A stretch of DNA of 64,000 nt from Macrostomum hystrix (taxonomy: Eukaryota; Animalia; Platyhelminthes). This document shows positions 1-13,057 of the stretch, piece after piece. Made by a program: the position numbers and the translations under genes. The first letter of the stretch is position 1; every line of letters begins with the position of its first letter. The notes beneath the pieces were generated by a model. That model had not been told where the DNA came from and ran no database searches. It saw only the letters and a list, made by a program, of their open reading frames with translations. The stretch lies in assembly GCA_950097015.1 (NCBI GenBank), contig CATNEN010000001.1, positions 20,522,001 through 20,586,000 on the forward strand, read 5' to 3'.

Positions 1-120
1 GGTCAAGGGGTGGCTGGGTCAAGCTAGATTATTCTAAGATGTGGGTCAAGGGGTGGCTGGGTCAAGCTAGATTATTCTAAGATGTGGGTCAAGGGGTGTC
101 TGGGTCAAGCTAGATTCTCA
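1..120. repeat. 43-bp tandem repeat (~2.7 copies visible, intronic to CAB39)
   Basis: Unit GGTCAAGGGGTGGCTGGGTCAAGCTAGATTATTCTAAGATGTG repeats from the window start. Confidence 0.9.
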
Positions 121-166
121 GATTGCCAAGATTCTAAGGAAAAAAATGAATTGGCTAGAAGCGCAC

Positions 167-604
167 CTGTCTATTCTCCAATATATACTCTACCGCTGGT
201 ATCCGGCTGCCAACTTGCTTAGAGGTGAGATTAGCAAACAGATGCTCGATAAATTTGGCGCTTTCAAAGTCGACCCGATCGATGCAGTCCAATAGCATTG
301 GCAGGATTCCGGCACACTCCCTGCTGAATGCCTCCCTGGCGACATCAGTCAGGGCTTCGCCAATACGAGCCTTCTCAGCCAGCGCTTCGTGAGAAATTGT
401 CTGCGAAGATGAGGAAGCGGATTCCTGACGATCTGTCAGCACCAGCTTCAAAGCTGCCAACGCCTTGGAGACGTCCTCGACGGCGCGTTTGATTTCTCGT
501 TCAGATCGTAGCTCCGAGCCGCCATGAAGCAGTAGGCTGCGCAGGGAGGCGTGCAACTGCAGCACCAGGTCTCTGGGCGTTTTCTGGCGGCCAAATCTTA
601 ACAT
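167..604 (-). CDS. CAB39: Calcium-binding protein 39 / Mo25 family, first coding exon (gene runs off the left edge)
   Basis: MLRFGRQKTPRDLV...VEDVSKALAALKLVL...IDRVDFESAKFIEHLFANLTSKQVGSRIPAVEYI matches Mo25 (KSPxDxV; IDFEGKKDV..IFNNILRRQIGTRxPTVEYI); GT donor after CAG at 167. Confidence 0.85.
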
Positions 605-1653
605 TATGGAATTGAATTGGTGACTTGACCTGGGGTATCAGCTCCTGAAATTATTTATCACTATACACTTTCAATCATTTGCTAGCTGGTAACTGAATCA
701 GCAATGTCAAACACATTTCATCTTTTCACTTTCCGGTTAATGGCAAGAATTTAATAGCAAAAAATGTTGACTGACAAAAGGACTACCAACTTATAGATTA
801 GAGAAAGTGCTCATCATTTAGTGCCTACTTGTATGTATTTGAATTTCTAACAATTTCAAAATTTTATGATGCAAGAAATATTTATTCTAAAAAGGCCTCA
901 ATAATTTTGGCTAAGAGAAAACCAATAATTATGTGATGCTATTTAGATGTAAAATCATTACAAAACTTTTTGAATTATATATGCTGCCAAGCACTGCGTT
1001 TAAAATATGTCAGAATGCAAAATTCGTAAGTCTTAATAATGTAGTTAGAGCAGGAGCTACATCTAAGATAATTAGTGAATTAATTATTTGTCATTAAACA
1101 ATTGACTTTAGATATAACTAAACTCACTTTGCAGTTAGACTTATTAATTCAATATATATTTTATTAATAGTAGTGGTTAAAAGTAATTTATTAAAAAATT
1201 TCAAGTCAATTATATATATTAAGTAAATTGAAATACTAAATAAGTCAAAAGTTCGAAAAATATAATATAAAAGTATAAGGCAAAGAAATATTACTTTTTT
1301 AAACATATTTTATTTGAAATAGAAACTCAAATTCAGAAAAATGATTCTTTTATTTATGTTCAAATAATTGTTGTAGGGCTCTTATATATGTTTATCCTAC
1401 CCTATAGTGGTTATTTTCTGAATAGACTCCTATTTATTCCTTTTGAATTTGCATAAAAAACTGGACCTTTTTGATTATAAGTCTTTTAACAGTAGCATAT
1501 TATATTCAATATGGTTAGCATTTTATATAATGACTGAGTTTGGATATTTTTTATTTCATATAATTGAATGACTATATATTCTTATTAAGCTGGTTAGGCT
1601 GTTCAATTTATAATCTTACAGTCCACTTACTAGGCGTTACCAATGGTCTAAGG

Positions 1654-2039
1654 CAGGGGTCAGCAAACTCTGGCCCGTGGGCCAGATGCGGCCCTTGAAG
1701 CTCCCAAATCCAGCCTGTTGCCCCTTCTAACATCTACAGTGTCCTGTTTCATCTCTCCTGTGTCTAATCTCTCCTTTGTCTCATCTCTCCCGTGTCTAAT
1801 CTCTCCCATGTCTAATCTCTCCCCTGTCTAATCTCTCCCGTGTCTTATCTCTCCTGTGTCTCATCTCTCTTATGTATAATCTTTCTGTGTCTCATCTCTC
1901 CTGTGTCTAATCTCTCCCATGTCTCATCTCTCCCGTGTCTCATCTCTCCCCTATCTCATATTTATACAGTCAATGCGGCCCACTATCATCTTTTAGGTTT
2001 TCTCTTTGGCCTGCCAGCAAATAAGTTTGCCTACCCCTG
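1654..2039. mobile_element. hAT-type MITE with internal 16-bp minisatellite
   Basis: Termini CAGGGGT...ACCCCTG; exact 8-bp TSD GTCTAAGG at 1646-1653 and 2040-2047; GCGGCCC subterminal motifs; interior is (TGTCTCATCTCTCCCG)n-like. Confidence 0.9.
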
Positions 2040-2862
2040 GTCTAAGGGATAACAGCTTCTTTTGTATGCTCTCTCTGTAATTCTCCTTTATGAAATAAAT
2101 AACTTTATAAAACTCCTTTTTGAATATTTAAACACTATTGAACCTTTAGTCTTTTTGTAATGTTCTTCACATTTGCCAAGGTTGCTTTTCCTCCTACTTC
2201 TACTCATGTATTTATAGTATTTTCATTCACTAATTCATTAAAACAAAATTATATCATTAAAGTGAAATTGTTCAGTGCATTAAAATGATAAGAAAAAATT
2301 TCTGTGCATAAAAACATATAAAGGCAATTAGTTCAAAAACGAAAAACATTGTAACTTCTTTTTGTCCCTGCATCATAATATTTTAGAGAAGTCTAGAAGA
2401 TATAGAAACAAAGACTAACATTTTTTGAGGAAAGTAACCTATCTTTGACAAACTAAGTTTACCATAGAAAATGGTATAAAAGCATTTATGCTTTTAATAT
2501 AGCTATCTGAAGCATATGACTAATTAGTAATATAACCTATAGCATAAAGAAAACTCTAATAACTTTTTCTGAATGGTGTCTAGTGAATTAATGTTAAAGA
2601 CAAGGTGGTCCACTAACTTAGTAGGATAGGCTAATGCTGCAAATTTGCTACAAATTTTTAATATGAAAATGAGAGAAGCAAGTGAGAACAGCTCTTGTCT
2701 CAATTGGGGATTCCTGTGAGCCCTACCCCAACACTCCATGAAACCCGGAGGTTTTGGTGCCAACAACCTAGGACTTCTATAAATAGCATCTATAGAAGAT
2801 GCTTCTATTCAAATTCAGTGGTCCTTGCAACAAACATACCCCTATATACACACACAAACTAC

Positions 2863-3324
2863 ATGGCAGGGCTTCTACTCGTATATGCCATAGAATGGCC
2901 AGCAGACGAACTTGTTTGCAATTTGATCTATTGAGCAGACGAATTGGCGGCACATGAAAGAACTGGAATCCGTTGGATGGCGAGGCACCATCTGCTTGCC
3001 AATAGCAGGAATTGCGACAACTGTGACATTGCTATGTCACTTCAGCGACATCTTAGGTAGTGAGGACTCCATCGATGGCTGGCGCTGGTCCTGCAAGCAG
3101 TGCAAGACGTAGGCCCTACCATTCAATTTGAAAGGGCTCCTTTTTTAAAGGGAGCCATCTGTAACTGATCCAGATAATCAACATCTTCTATTTCTGGTCC
3201 AAGAACCTGTGGGCTGAAGACATTAGATTAGGACAGAGGTGCAAATCGGGTGTGAAACTGTGGTAGATTGGCTGAATTTTATCCGCTAAATTTGCACTAT
3301 GTACCTGCTGGATCATCCAATGTA
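2863..3324 (+). pseudogene. Degenerate Merlin (IS1016/ISXO2-like) transposase N-terminal fragment
   Basis: Broken frames give RWMARHHLLANSRNCDNC..MSL, DGWRWSCKQC, KGSFFKGSHL*LIQIINIFYFWS, ETVVDWLNFIR*ICTMYLLDHP, typical of the Merlin Zn-ribbon/HTH region; multiple stops and frameshifts. Confidence 0.7.
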
Positions 3325-4334
3325 GCACGTACCGCAAAGGTCATTGGGTGCTCGGAATGGTTGAGAGAGGTACAAGTCGCAGCTCATTGGCTTTTGTTCC
3401 TGATCACTCAGCCAACAGCCTTGTGCCTTTACCTGAATGTAGGCCTATGCTTCTGCTTCTGTGCTTCTGCGACTCGGAAAAGTTTGAAAAAAGCTTTAAA
3501 ATAATTTAGAGGGGGAAAGTAATCTGCTATTCAATAAAAATGAATGACAAAAATAGGCCCCTACACATTAAAGCAGTCTAGGTAGTTACTAGTAATATTA
3601 AATAGAATTTATTTTACCATCTTAATGATTCTGTATATTTAGTTTTCATTTAAGCTATAAATTGAAGATTAGGAAATACAGTTACGCAAAGTAGTTATTT
3701 TGGTCAAAAGCGATCGATCTAGATTTATTGACAAGCAACAACGAAAAATTGAATTACGAGCGATCTAAATTTCGCACGCTTTTTTAATTCAGTTCAAATT
3801 CGCGCCTAAACAGGTACTAACTTTTTACAGCTTTTGAACCTGTCTAAAATTAGCATTTAGTGCTTTATTAGAACACTTATATAATCTCAAGATCAAGTAT
3901 ATACTTAACCGAAAAGTAAAAGTAAGCTCATACAAATTATTTTAGGCAAGCATAAAAGTATTTATTTTAACAACTACAACTTAAGGCCTAGCTGCTAAAA
4001 GTAAATTACCTATAAACAGTTCCATTTTATTTGATAATATATACTTTATATAGTAAAGACTTTGTACGCTAAGCGTTTCTGTACTCTGTCTTACGCAATT
4101 TAGATCCTTGTTTTTTGATCATGTCAACGTATGATGGGTGACGTAGTTTTTATATTAATAATTTGCGTGCGGGCCCCAGTGTTTATGTCGCCTATAGCGC
4201 TTGGATAGAGCTAGGTTTCTTTCATTTTACGCATATCATAAAAATTGCTCATAGTTTCGTTATAAAATAGGTTTTCTCTGTAAGTGTACTTTCTCTTATT
4301 CAGAAACTTATTTAGTAATCTTATTGATAAATGC

Positions 4335-7300
4335 ATGATGGACGCTTCTGCGGATTTAAGAGATTCATGTAATGCAATTACAACTCTTAAATCCGCCGCA
4401 AAAGATGGGAGTGTACAACAAATTAAGCAACTTCTTATTAGAGGAGTAGACCCTGATGCCAGAGACGAAAATGGTCGAACAGCTCTACACTGGGCATCTG
4501 AGCGTGGTCAGGAGGGTGCAGTCAGGACTCTGATTGATTGGATGGCACAGGTCGATATACAGGCAAGTGATGGACAGACTCCTCTGCACCTGGCCTCCTG
4601 GCATAACCAATTGGCAGTTGTCGAGCTCCTTGTTAAGTCAGGAGCAGATGCGAACATTAGACGATCTTTTGGTGCTGCTGCCTTGCACATCGCGGCAGAA
4701 AATGATGGATACGAAAAAGTGGTGCTGGCCCTTCTAACTGCTGGAGCAAACTGCAATTTACCACGTGATGATGGTGTGACGCCCACACTCTTGGGATCAC
4801 TACATTCTAGCGCGAGCTTACTACGGATTATGCTGTCGAACGCCAATGCTGATCCAAACCTTGCCGATATTCGTGGAGTGACTGCTCTACACGTAATAGC
4901 ATTCAAAGGTGACTCGGATGCGATGAATGCTCTAATTATTGCTGGTGCAGACCCTAAAGCAATTCGCTTGGATAACCACGAATCAGCACTACATTCTGCA
5001 GCCTTTGCTGGAAAAGAAGAAGTCATCGATCAGCTTCTTGGAGAAGGATGCGATCCACGAGCGAGAAACTTTTCGGGGCAAACAGCTGCAGTACAGGCCT
5101 GCATATTTGGGCATCACGCAGTTTTGCATCAGCTTGGAGTTAGGTGTCCGTTCACTGATCAGTTGCCAGATGGCAGCAGTTCTGTTGCTCTGAAGTTAGA
5201 TGAACTACTCAAGCAAGTATCAATTAAAGGCGAATCGGCGAAAGCTACAGATTTGATTCAAGTCAGGTAAGCTATATTTTGTATCTATCTGCTGGTCATC
5301 TATATACCTTTAATATTTTTACGGAGGAATATATTGGAATAGATGCATTTTAATAGCACCCTATTAAACAAAAAATTAGCCAGAAAAAAGTAGACGAAGA
5401 AGTCCTGAGCAACGAACTCCACGCAGCTCTGAATTCCTCCGGATTTGTTCGAGGCAGAGCCAGGGTGCAGAGTGCTCTGGCTGACATAACGCAGCGAATC
5501 GTGCGCCCGACAATGGAATCTGGCGAGTTTGCTGATCACGATGCCTATGTTGTCGGAAGCTTTTCTGAGGGCTGGTCCTGCAGCCTTGTCCGACTTGACG
5601 GCTTGACAGACCCAGATTCAGATCTTGACTTCACAATCATTGACAGAAAGCAAGTCTTCCACTTTGAGGGAAGCTGCAAGTGTGAGGGGAGCCAAAAGGT
5701 CATAATCGAGGACGGGCACGTCCGCTGGCCAGAGACAGGTATGTTTTTTATACCATGGAAACTTTTGTTAAGTGCCGCTTGATTTTTACGCACCCTTAAA
5801 ATACTTGCAGCGTCCAACCCAGCGCAAACCTGGCATGGGCTTGATGGCAGGCCTTCCGTAGACCTGGCTTGGGCGTTCCGTTCATGCGGATATCCAGGAA
5901 TTGAAGTGCTCGATCAGCCGCCGGGAGAACAGCAACAAATCAGTTCATCGGTACTGCATGATCTGCGGTGTGTGCAGGCCAATCCCGAGTTTCCGTGCCA
6001 CTTGGTTACTGCCGCTTTGCCTGGTATGGAAGGCAAACAGATGCGAATCAGCACTACGTTCCTCGAGCGAAGCCTGGTCAGAAGCTTCAACGACGTTCAA
6101 GGTCAGGTCTTTGTTCTGATGAAGTTCATAGTGAAGAAAGTGATTTCTGCTCGAGTGAAGGGTTTGAAAACGTATCACGCCAAAAGCGTTATATTCTATC
6201 TTCTGTGGGAAGTGCCAACTGAGGATTGGCAGCCAAGCAAGTTATTGCACCTGACCAGGCTTGCTTTATCAAAGTTGCATGGCTTCTTGATGAATGATTC
6301 GACAAATGAGCATCAGCTGATGAAGCACTTCTTTATAAGGGAAGCCTGGCTTTACTTGAAGAGGGATGTACAATCTGGGAAGCAAAAGATCGCAGATGTC
6401 ATCAGTGAAGTCCTAAAGTCTCTTCCCGATATTGTTCAGCAGTTTATGGCAAACTTGCGTCCAATTACAACAGATGGGCTGTTTCACTTTCATCCTTTTC
6501 TGTTGCTGCCAGTGCTGAAGGCAAAAACAGTGAAAATCAACTGGGAGGACATCAAGTACTCCGACCTGTGCGATGTGGTTCGAAGCGCTCTGCTCAGATT
6601 GAGCTCCGACAAATGCGGGCCAGATGAGCTGCTGACACTCTTGGAGGGCGTTTCGAGAATTCCGGACTTTGCATACTCCGCCCGCCAGTGCCTGCTGGCG
6701 CTGACCTACCTCAAGTTAGGAAAAGCCAAAGAAGCTCGCCAGGTTTTGAACACCTGGAGGGGTCACAGAGCCACGCGCGGACTCCACTATCCCATCTGCC
6801 GCGCCTCGAAAGGATTGGAAGACGACGCTGAGATTATTTGGCAGCAACTTCTTAGCTGCGATTCAGCCTGGAAGTTTTGTATTGAGCACGATTCGCCACT
6901 AGAAATGAGTTTCTTACCAGATTCGTTGAAGCAACACTTTCCGGTTAGCTTTATCTTTGTGAATTGGTATTACGTTAACTTCGAGGCTATTTTAGTTGGT
7001 CTGGACTGCGAGCTGAATTCAACAACAGCCAGAACGAATGCAAAAACATGGTTTGAAGAAGTTCTGCAGGCCGATGTGCCGGACATTCATGATGTTCTGA
7101 TCACCATGGAGTTCTGCGACTATCCAGACCTCATTGTTGGACTAATTCACAAGAACAAGAGCTGGATTAAGAATCACCGAGAGGTGGGCTTTAAAGCGAA
7201 GGAATTACTTAGCTTGAGTGTAAGTTGCTTCGCAAAGCACACGCATTTTCTGACTTTTTAAACATACGAGTACATGCACTCATAGCTCAGATAGAACGAC

Positions 7301-7395
7301 TCGATTTGAAATTCTAATTTTAGCCACAGTTCCTTTCTTGCTGCATCGAGCGCACAGCGGACGCATTGGTTCAGAGTCTACTCACAGCCGAATAA
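4335..7395 (+). CDS. Ankyrin-repeat + Mab-21/cGAS-like nucleotidyltransferase (ANK-cGLR paralogue A), ~923 aa; exons 4335-5266, ~5380-5738, 5811-7219, 7324-7395
   Basis: About 8 ankyrin repeats (GRTALHWAS, GQTPLHLAS, GVTALHVIA). NTase motif VGSFSEG...DSDLDF and third acid in PSVDLAWAF. Mab-21 C-terminal signature RISTTFLERSL..QGQVFVLMKFI..GLKTYHAKSVIFY. Exon lengths sum to 2772 nt with consistent phases; the exon 2 acceptor is weak (alternative at 5357 with a phase-0 donor). Confidence 0.85.
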
Positions 7396-10300
7396 CTTCA
7401 GCTAGAGCTCACAGTTTTGTTCTATTCCAATAATGGTGTTTCTATGCTCGTAAATATTTAACAATCTAAGCATGTAATTTGCGTCGAGTTCGCTGGAAAA
7501 CAACCGCGTTGGCCAAAACTATTGATGCTGTCGTGACAAAATTTTTAAGTCTAATGATTGCTGTGGCTATTTCAATATGAAAAATATTTGCATTAGGGAA
7601 TGTAGGCAGGTTATTGCTCACGGGCACTGAGACAAGAAGTATAAAATGTTGGTCTTGACTGATTAATATGCGCATATATTCGCTCTTAGTTTTGCATAGG
7701 GTCAGAGAAGAGGTCAGAGAAGCATGTAGTTCATATAGGCAAGATGTGCACCAGGAGCTACAGCCGAAGCTGTACAGTCTGGCTGTTTTCAAAACAGCTG
7801 ACGCTGGGTATCTGTTATGCAGCTGGGTAAACTTAAGCACTAGAGAATTAAGAGACACGAATAGGCTTCGTTGGGCTGAACTCCGGACCAAACGGTAGGC
7901 TACAAGCTCCCTGTCCATTGATGCAGCAGGCCATTGAGAGATCATACAGTGAACTCTTTGTACATGCATAGTTAGTTAAGTAATTTGCTTCTAGTGCTTT
8001 CTTCTGATGTTTATTTTAACGGCGAACTTGGTTGGTGTGATCAAATATTTTGTTAGCATCAGATAGCTGATAAATATGCATCCAGAATCTCTCAGCACAG
8101 TCAAACTGCACAAATTTTATTATTTCGCTCGCTTATGTTTTCGCTTATGCAGCTAAACCAATTTTTGTTGCTTTTTATTGCTTAAACATTGTAACTGGAA
8201 TTTTCTAACTTTCTAACTTTTCTAATTTCCTAACATCTGCTGCCAATTTAGTTCTATCCATCATTTGTGATTTTTCCCATTTAAATTAAGGCGTAAAACA
8301 TCGATAATGAGTATTTACCAGTAACCTCATGCGAGCCTTGAATTGTAAATGCTCAAATGTTCGAGCAACATAATAAAACAATTACACCTTTTTTGCAATT
8401 TCAAATAAAATGTGCTTTCAACCAAAAGTTAGTTTACAATTAGCTCTCGCAAAAATGCTAACTTTAACAAGAAAGAATCGATCGCAGAGTACATAGAGCT
8501 TCCGGTCGCATGGCAAAAATTGAGATGGTTTCGTACTCTAACGTTTGCTTAAAGTAGCCATGTAAACATTTTAACAATTGGCGGAAATTAATATTAAATT
8601 GTGATGTGGAGTGTGCTGCGGGAATCGAGTGGGAATGTGAGCCAGCATAATTTTTCAAATTTTTTAAGTAGTTAATAATTGCGACCCACATAGCAGCTGG
8701 CCACAAACAAGATCATTAATCTTAGGGCCGGGTTTGAGGCGGCGGTGAATCAAGTAGCTGTCGAATCCTCTCTCTCCGGAGTTGTCTAGACTCCCCGTAG
8801 GAATGACTGATCGCGGCCATAATGTTACTGTATGAACTAGTTTAGGTCATAATTCCCCTCCAAACCGCGATCAGATATAGGGGCTCACTCGCGCGTTATG
8901 AGTGATCATTGAATTCTTCATGTCCTCTCTTCTTTACAGTATTCGAGCCCAGCTCGACTTTATGATCTCCCCCTTGTAGATACTCGTAAATGTCACTGTA
9001 GGCAGGTCGGCGCCTGCGCTTCCATTGTCCCGGCGGAGTAACAATTGTTGGCCGTCTGCCGATGGCTGCTCTCGATGAGCACCTGTCGTTTCCCGCCGCC
9101 GGTTCATTGGGCAATTGGGGCGGCCTGTCGTCGCTTCGATTCCCCGTTGACAGGCGGGCGCGAATGTGGGTTGCTTTGATGGATGTCGGGGTTGGCGTGC
9201 TGCAAGGCCTATTTAAGCAAGCGTGCTGCGCTGCTCCCTCTAGGACCTCTTTTCTCCCACCGGCTCTTCCCCTTCTTCCCTGCCGGACTTACTTTTGCCG
9301 GGCCGGACTCCCACCGGACCCAGAGCACCTTTCCGGACCCACTTAGGGCATAGACCCTAGAGCTCATAGCTCCACAGTTAGCGCAGGCCCATTGCCTGTC
9401 CCCATTCCCCCTGAGCGCGAGCCACCTCTTTAGGTGAGCCGTTAAATTGAGCCTTGAGCTCCAAGCGTGTGGGCCCCTGCCGACTCGCAGCATTTTCCCC
9501 TCCCTGCCTTTGCTGTCTTGCCCCATCCTCTTCCCCGAGAACAACGGGTTTGCAGCACGCGGCCGAAGGCTCCAGCTAAGTAACCCGCGCAGCGGTCTAT
9601 AATTTTTGCTCCTAAGGGACTTATTCTCAGTTAGGCGGCATTTAGTGGGAGGGGAGTTAGGGAACTGTCTAGCCTAATAAACTATCCAATCTAAGCACTT
9701 TTAACTTATTGGGCTTAACTTTATAACAACTTAATTTCTTTTATTATGTCTCCTTTTCACCTTTATTTTATCGATAGACAGCCCTCGGTCATGAGTGGCT
9801 AATCGCCTAGGGGGCGGGTTCTGGTGATGCCGAGCTGAAGGCTGCGGCAGGGAGGCAACTGTAAGCGCGCATGAGAGTAATACGGAGCTAGGGATTTGCG
9901 AGTAAAATGCGGAGTGTAGCACGTGTTTTCTTTCTGCCCAGGGGTGGGAATTCCTTGGCGGGTTATTCCTCTCTTCCTGGCGGATCGAGGAGTGCGTGTC
10001 AGACTCCCCTGCCAATGGAGTCTTCCTTCTGTTCCCCGCCTCTCGCATCTGCCGCCACGGAAGCGAGGGCGATGATCTTTTAATCTTACGCTCGCATAAT
10101 CACTCAGCCAGTGTTCAGCTAAATCTCTCCTGCCTCTGATTTCCTCAACTCACACAGATTCGGATTGCTAGTTACTTAACGTGTAGGCTGCAGTCTAATG
10201 TACAGAATGTGTCTGATGTCCCATGAGTAGCGTTCTGGCTATGGATTTCTCTTTCAGGTTCTGAGTACCACCTTTCTAGACCACTGTAGCGCAAATTCAG

Positions 10301-12159
10301 GAATCCCCTGGTGAGGCGTGTCTCGATCCATTCTGGGGTTTTCACCCTAGTCTAAAACGGAAGTTACAGAATGCTCTATTTTTCGGCTTGTCTAAGATCT
10401 GTGTGACAAACTGGGAGCTGCGAGCTCCGGGGACCCAAGTTCCCAAATGTCTGCGGTGGCAACGTAGGCGCATTGGGTGGTGGCGCTACCCTAGATCATT
10501 TTCCGCTTTGCCGATAGCCTTTCCGCATTTCTAAGACAAGAGCCTAGGCCGAGTCGACCACTGCTACCAAGGTTAGGAGTCAGTTACGAACATGCTACTG
10601 ATGACAGTAGGCTACCTAGCCCTGTCCTATCCGCTTGCGGGTAGTCCGACATCTATTTAGACTTTTAGCCGGTTTCGAGCACTGCTTGGGGTAGGCACGG
10701 CAGTCATGCCTGTGGCCTATGGGTTGAGTGGGACTGGCCAGCCTGAGGCCGAGAGGACCACTCCCTGCATCCTGTCTCTCCCTTCATCTCTCCCTTCATC
10801 CCTCTTTCCGCGACAACTCGCGAGACTTTGCGGTACGACTTCTGACTCTATCGCCATCCCCACACTCCTTTCCTTCACGAGGACAGACCATCGGATTGCA
10901 AACCCGCAGCTATTTCAATTGACAAAATTCCAACATGAGTTAAAACGGCCCTATTTAGATCCACATTTAATGACAACGTCAAATTATTTGTCTTTCGACA
11001 ACGACAGCTAAATTCGGAGTGTCTCTGCAATATCAGCGCCGATTTCACCATTCAGCCTTTTTGCAACGAGAAAGCTGTTGCCGCGAAGCAGAATTACAAC
11101 GCAGTCACAGATTTTTAACCTAACGGCTCGATTAAGTGTTCGTGATCAGTCCCCTAGTTCACGGGACTAGAGGCCGCAAGTCTCTAGAGCTCAAGTCAAG
11201 AATACAAGCATAGTTAAGTAATTCTGCTTAATAAAGCAGTTACAATTTTTTTATTTTCGAAACTATATTTTTACGGATCGAGTTTAGGATCCAAAGCGAA
11301 AAAAGCGGAATGTGGCAAAAGTTGAAACAGCTTTAAACAATTTTAAACAATCTGTATAATGTCCGAATAACAAATCTTACTAGTAGTACAATACTAGGAA
11401 AAGTACATATTAAAACTGAAACATCAATCATAGGCGCACATCTTCTTCTACGCTTTTACAGTAAAAAGAACATGCAATTTTCTCCCTTCGGAAAGGATAC
11501 AGTGAGTATTTCAAATATCCACCGCTTGCGTGTACTTTACGATCGCTCCCAAATCGAAGGAACGATTTACGAAAAAACTCCGCCGCATGGATCCAAATTT
11601 CCGCCCTTTACGATCAACTAACTTTCAAAGCCGTCCGACTTCAGCATCGTCAGGATATTCAGCGACTCTTGTCGAAGACCCTGGTGACAAGGGACAAATA
11701 ATATTGCTCCGTATAAACCTCGAAATGTGCTGATAAGAGCAGAAAAACTATGCTGGTATTGGTTGTTTTCACACCACGACGAGCAGTGGCGCAACCAGGT
11801 TTTGCCTTAGGGGGGCGGTCCAGAAAAGGAGAAATTGCGGGAGGGAAAAAAGGAGAAAGGGCCGGGGTCCGGGGGCTCCCCGGTCGAAAATTTTTTTGAA
11901 AAGGAGCGGGGAATTGGAGAAAGTGTGGGCAAACCGGAAGGGGGGGACGTCCTCACGGACGTCTATCTAAGTTGGTTTCGAGATGTGGAGGGGGTTTTAA
12001 CTTTGGTTGGGGCAATTTGCAGTAGGAATGTAAATAGACAATCCAATGCACATTAAAAAGCTTTTTGCCCTTGGACGCTCCCACAAATGAAACGAACTGG
12101 GGAATCTGCTTGTTCATATATTCACGCAGTTAGTGCGTGATCACAGAGGTCTGTGTGTG

Positions 12160-12370
12160 TTAGTGGGTCATGCCCCCTCCCCGAGATAACCAGTGGGTGT
12201 CATGCCTCCTCCCCGAGATAACCAGTGGGTGTCATGCCCCCTTCCCGAGATAACCAGTGGGTGTCATGCCCCCTTCCCGAGATAACCAGTGGGTGTCATG
12301 CCCCCTCCCCGAGATAACCAGTGGGTGTCATGCCCCCTATAGATCTCCAGGGGGTCATGCCCCCGAGATA
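12160..12370. repeat. 32-bp minisatellite (recurs at 20960-21034)
   Basis: Unit CCCGAGATAACCAGTGGGTGTCATGCCCCCT(C), about 5-6 copies. Confidence 0.9.
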
Positions 12371-13057
12371 CGAGTATTAAAGGGGTCAAGCCGCCCCAAA
12401 GCATAAGCATATTCGTGATTCTTAAGAATCCAATTCTTTACAATTGCTAGTCTTAAGGGGTAAGTTTTTTAGCCTCATTAATTATTAAAACATTGGAGAT
12501 GGCTGTGTTCTGCCTTACACCTGGAGTGGCCTCTTAATAATACAAATTTGTCTACTTGGGAAAAGCTAAGTAATAAACTCACATAGACATAAAAAATGTC
12601 TCCTTTGATATTCAGACTTAGTTTTCAGACAGCTCACCGCGGGGATTCTCGGTGAAGCGAGACGGCAGAGTCTGAATTTGGGAAAAAAATCTCTTTCGGG
12701 GTATTTTCCTTAAGATTTTTTGTCAGCTTTATCTCCACCAGTTGGGGGGATATGCATTTTTGTGCAAGTATTTTTTCCCACGCTCACATGAAAGCGGGGT
12801 GGGTCACGTGGAATAAATTTGATTGCGAAACTTTTTATTGAAAAATATCCTTAGCGTCATTTATATCCTAACTAGAGGATCGCATTTTACACCCTGAAGT
12901 CATATTTGTCAACCGGAGCAGAACCGGCCCAGGGTCCGCTATAATCCTGATCAACCATTGATGCTATCGATGCTGTTAATTGGTTATGACTGCTGGCAAT
13001 TATAAAGGAAGAGTTTTAATGATTATTCATTTACTCTCTTATCAGTCTCTATTTTCT

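Noticed and set aside
7466-7969. 167-aa minus-strand ORF downstream of cGLR-A
   Set aside because: No motif, codon or splice support
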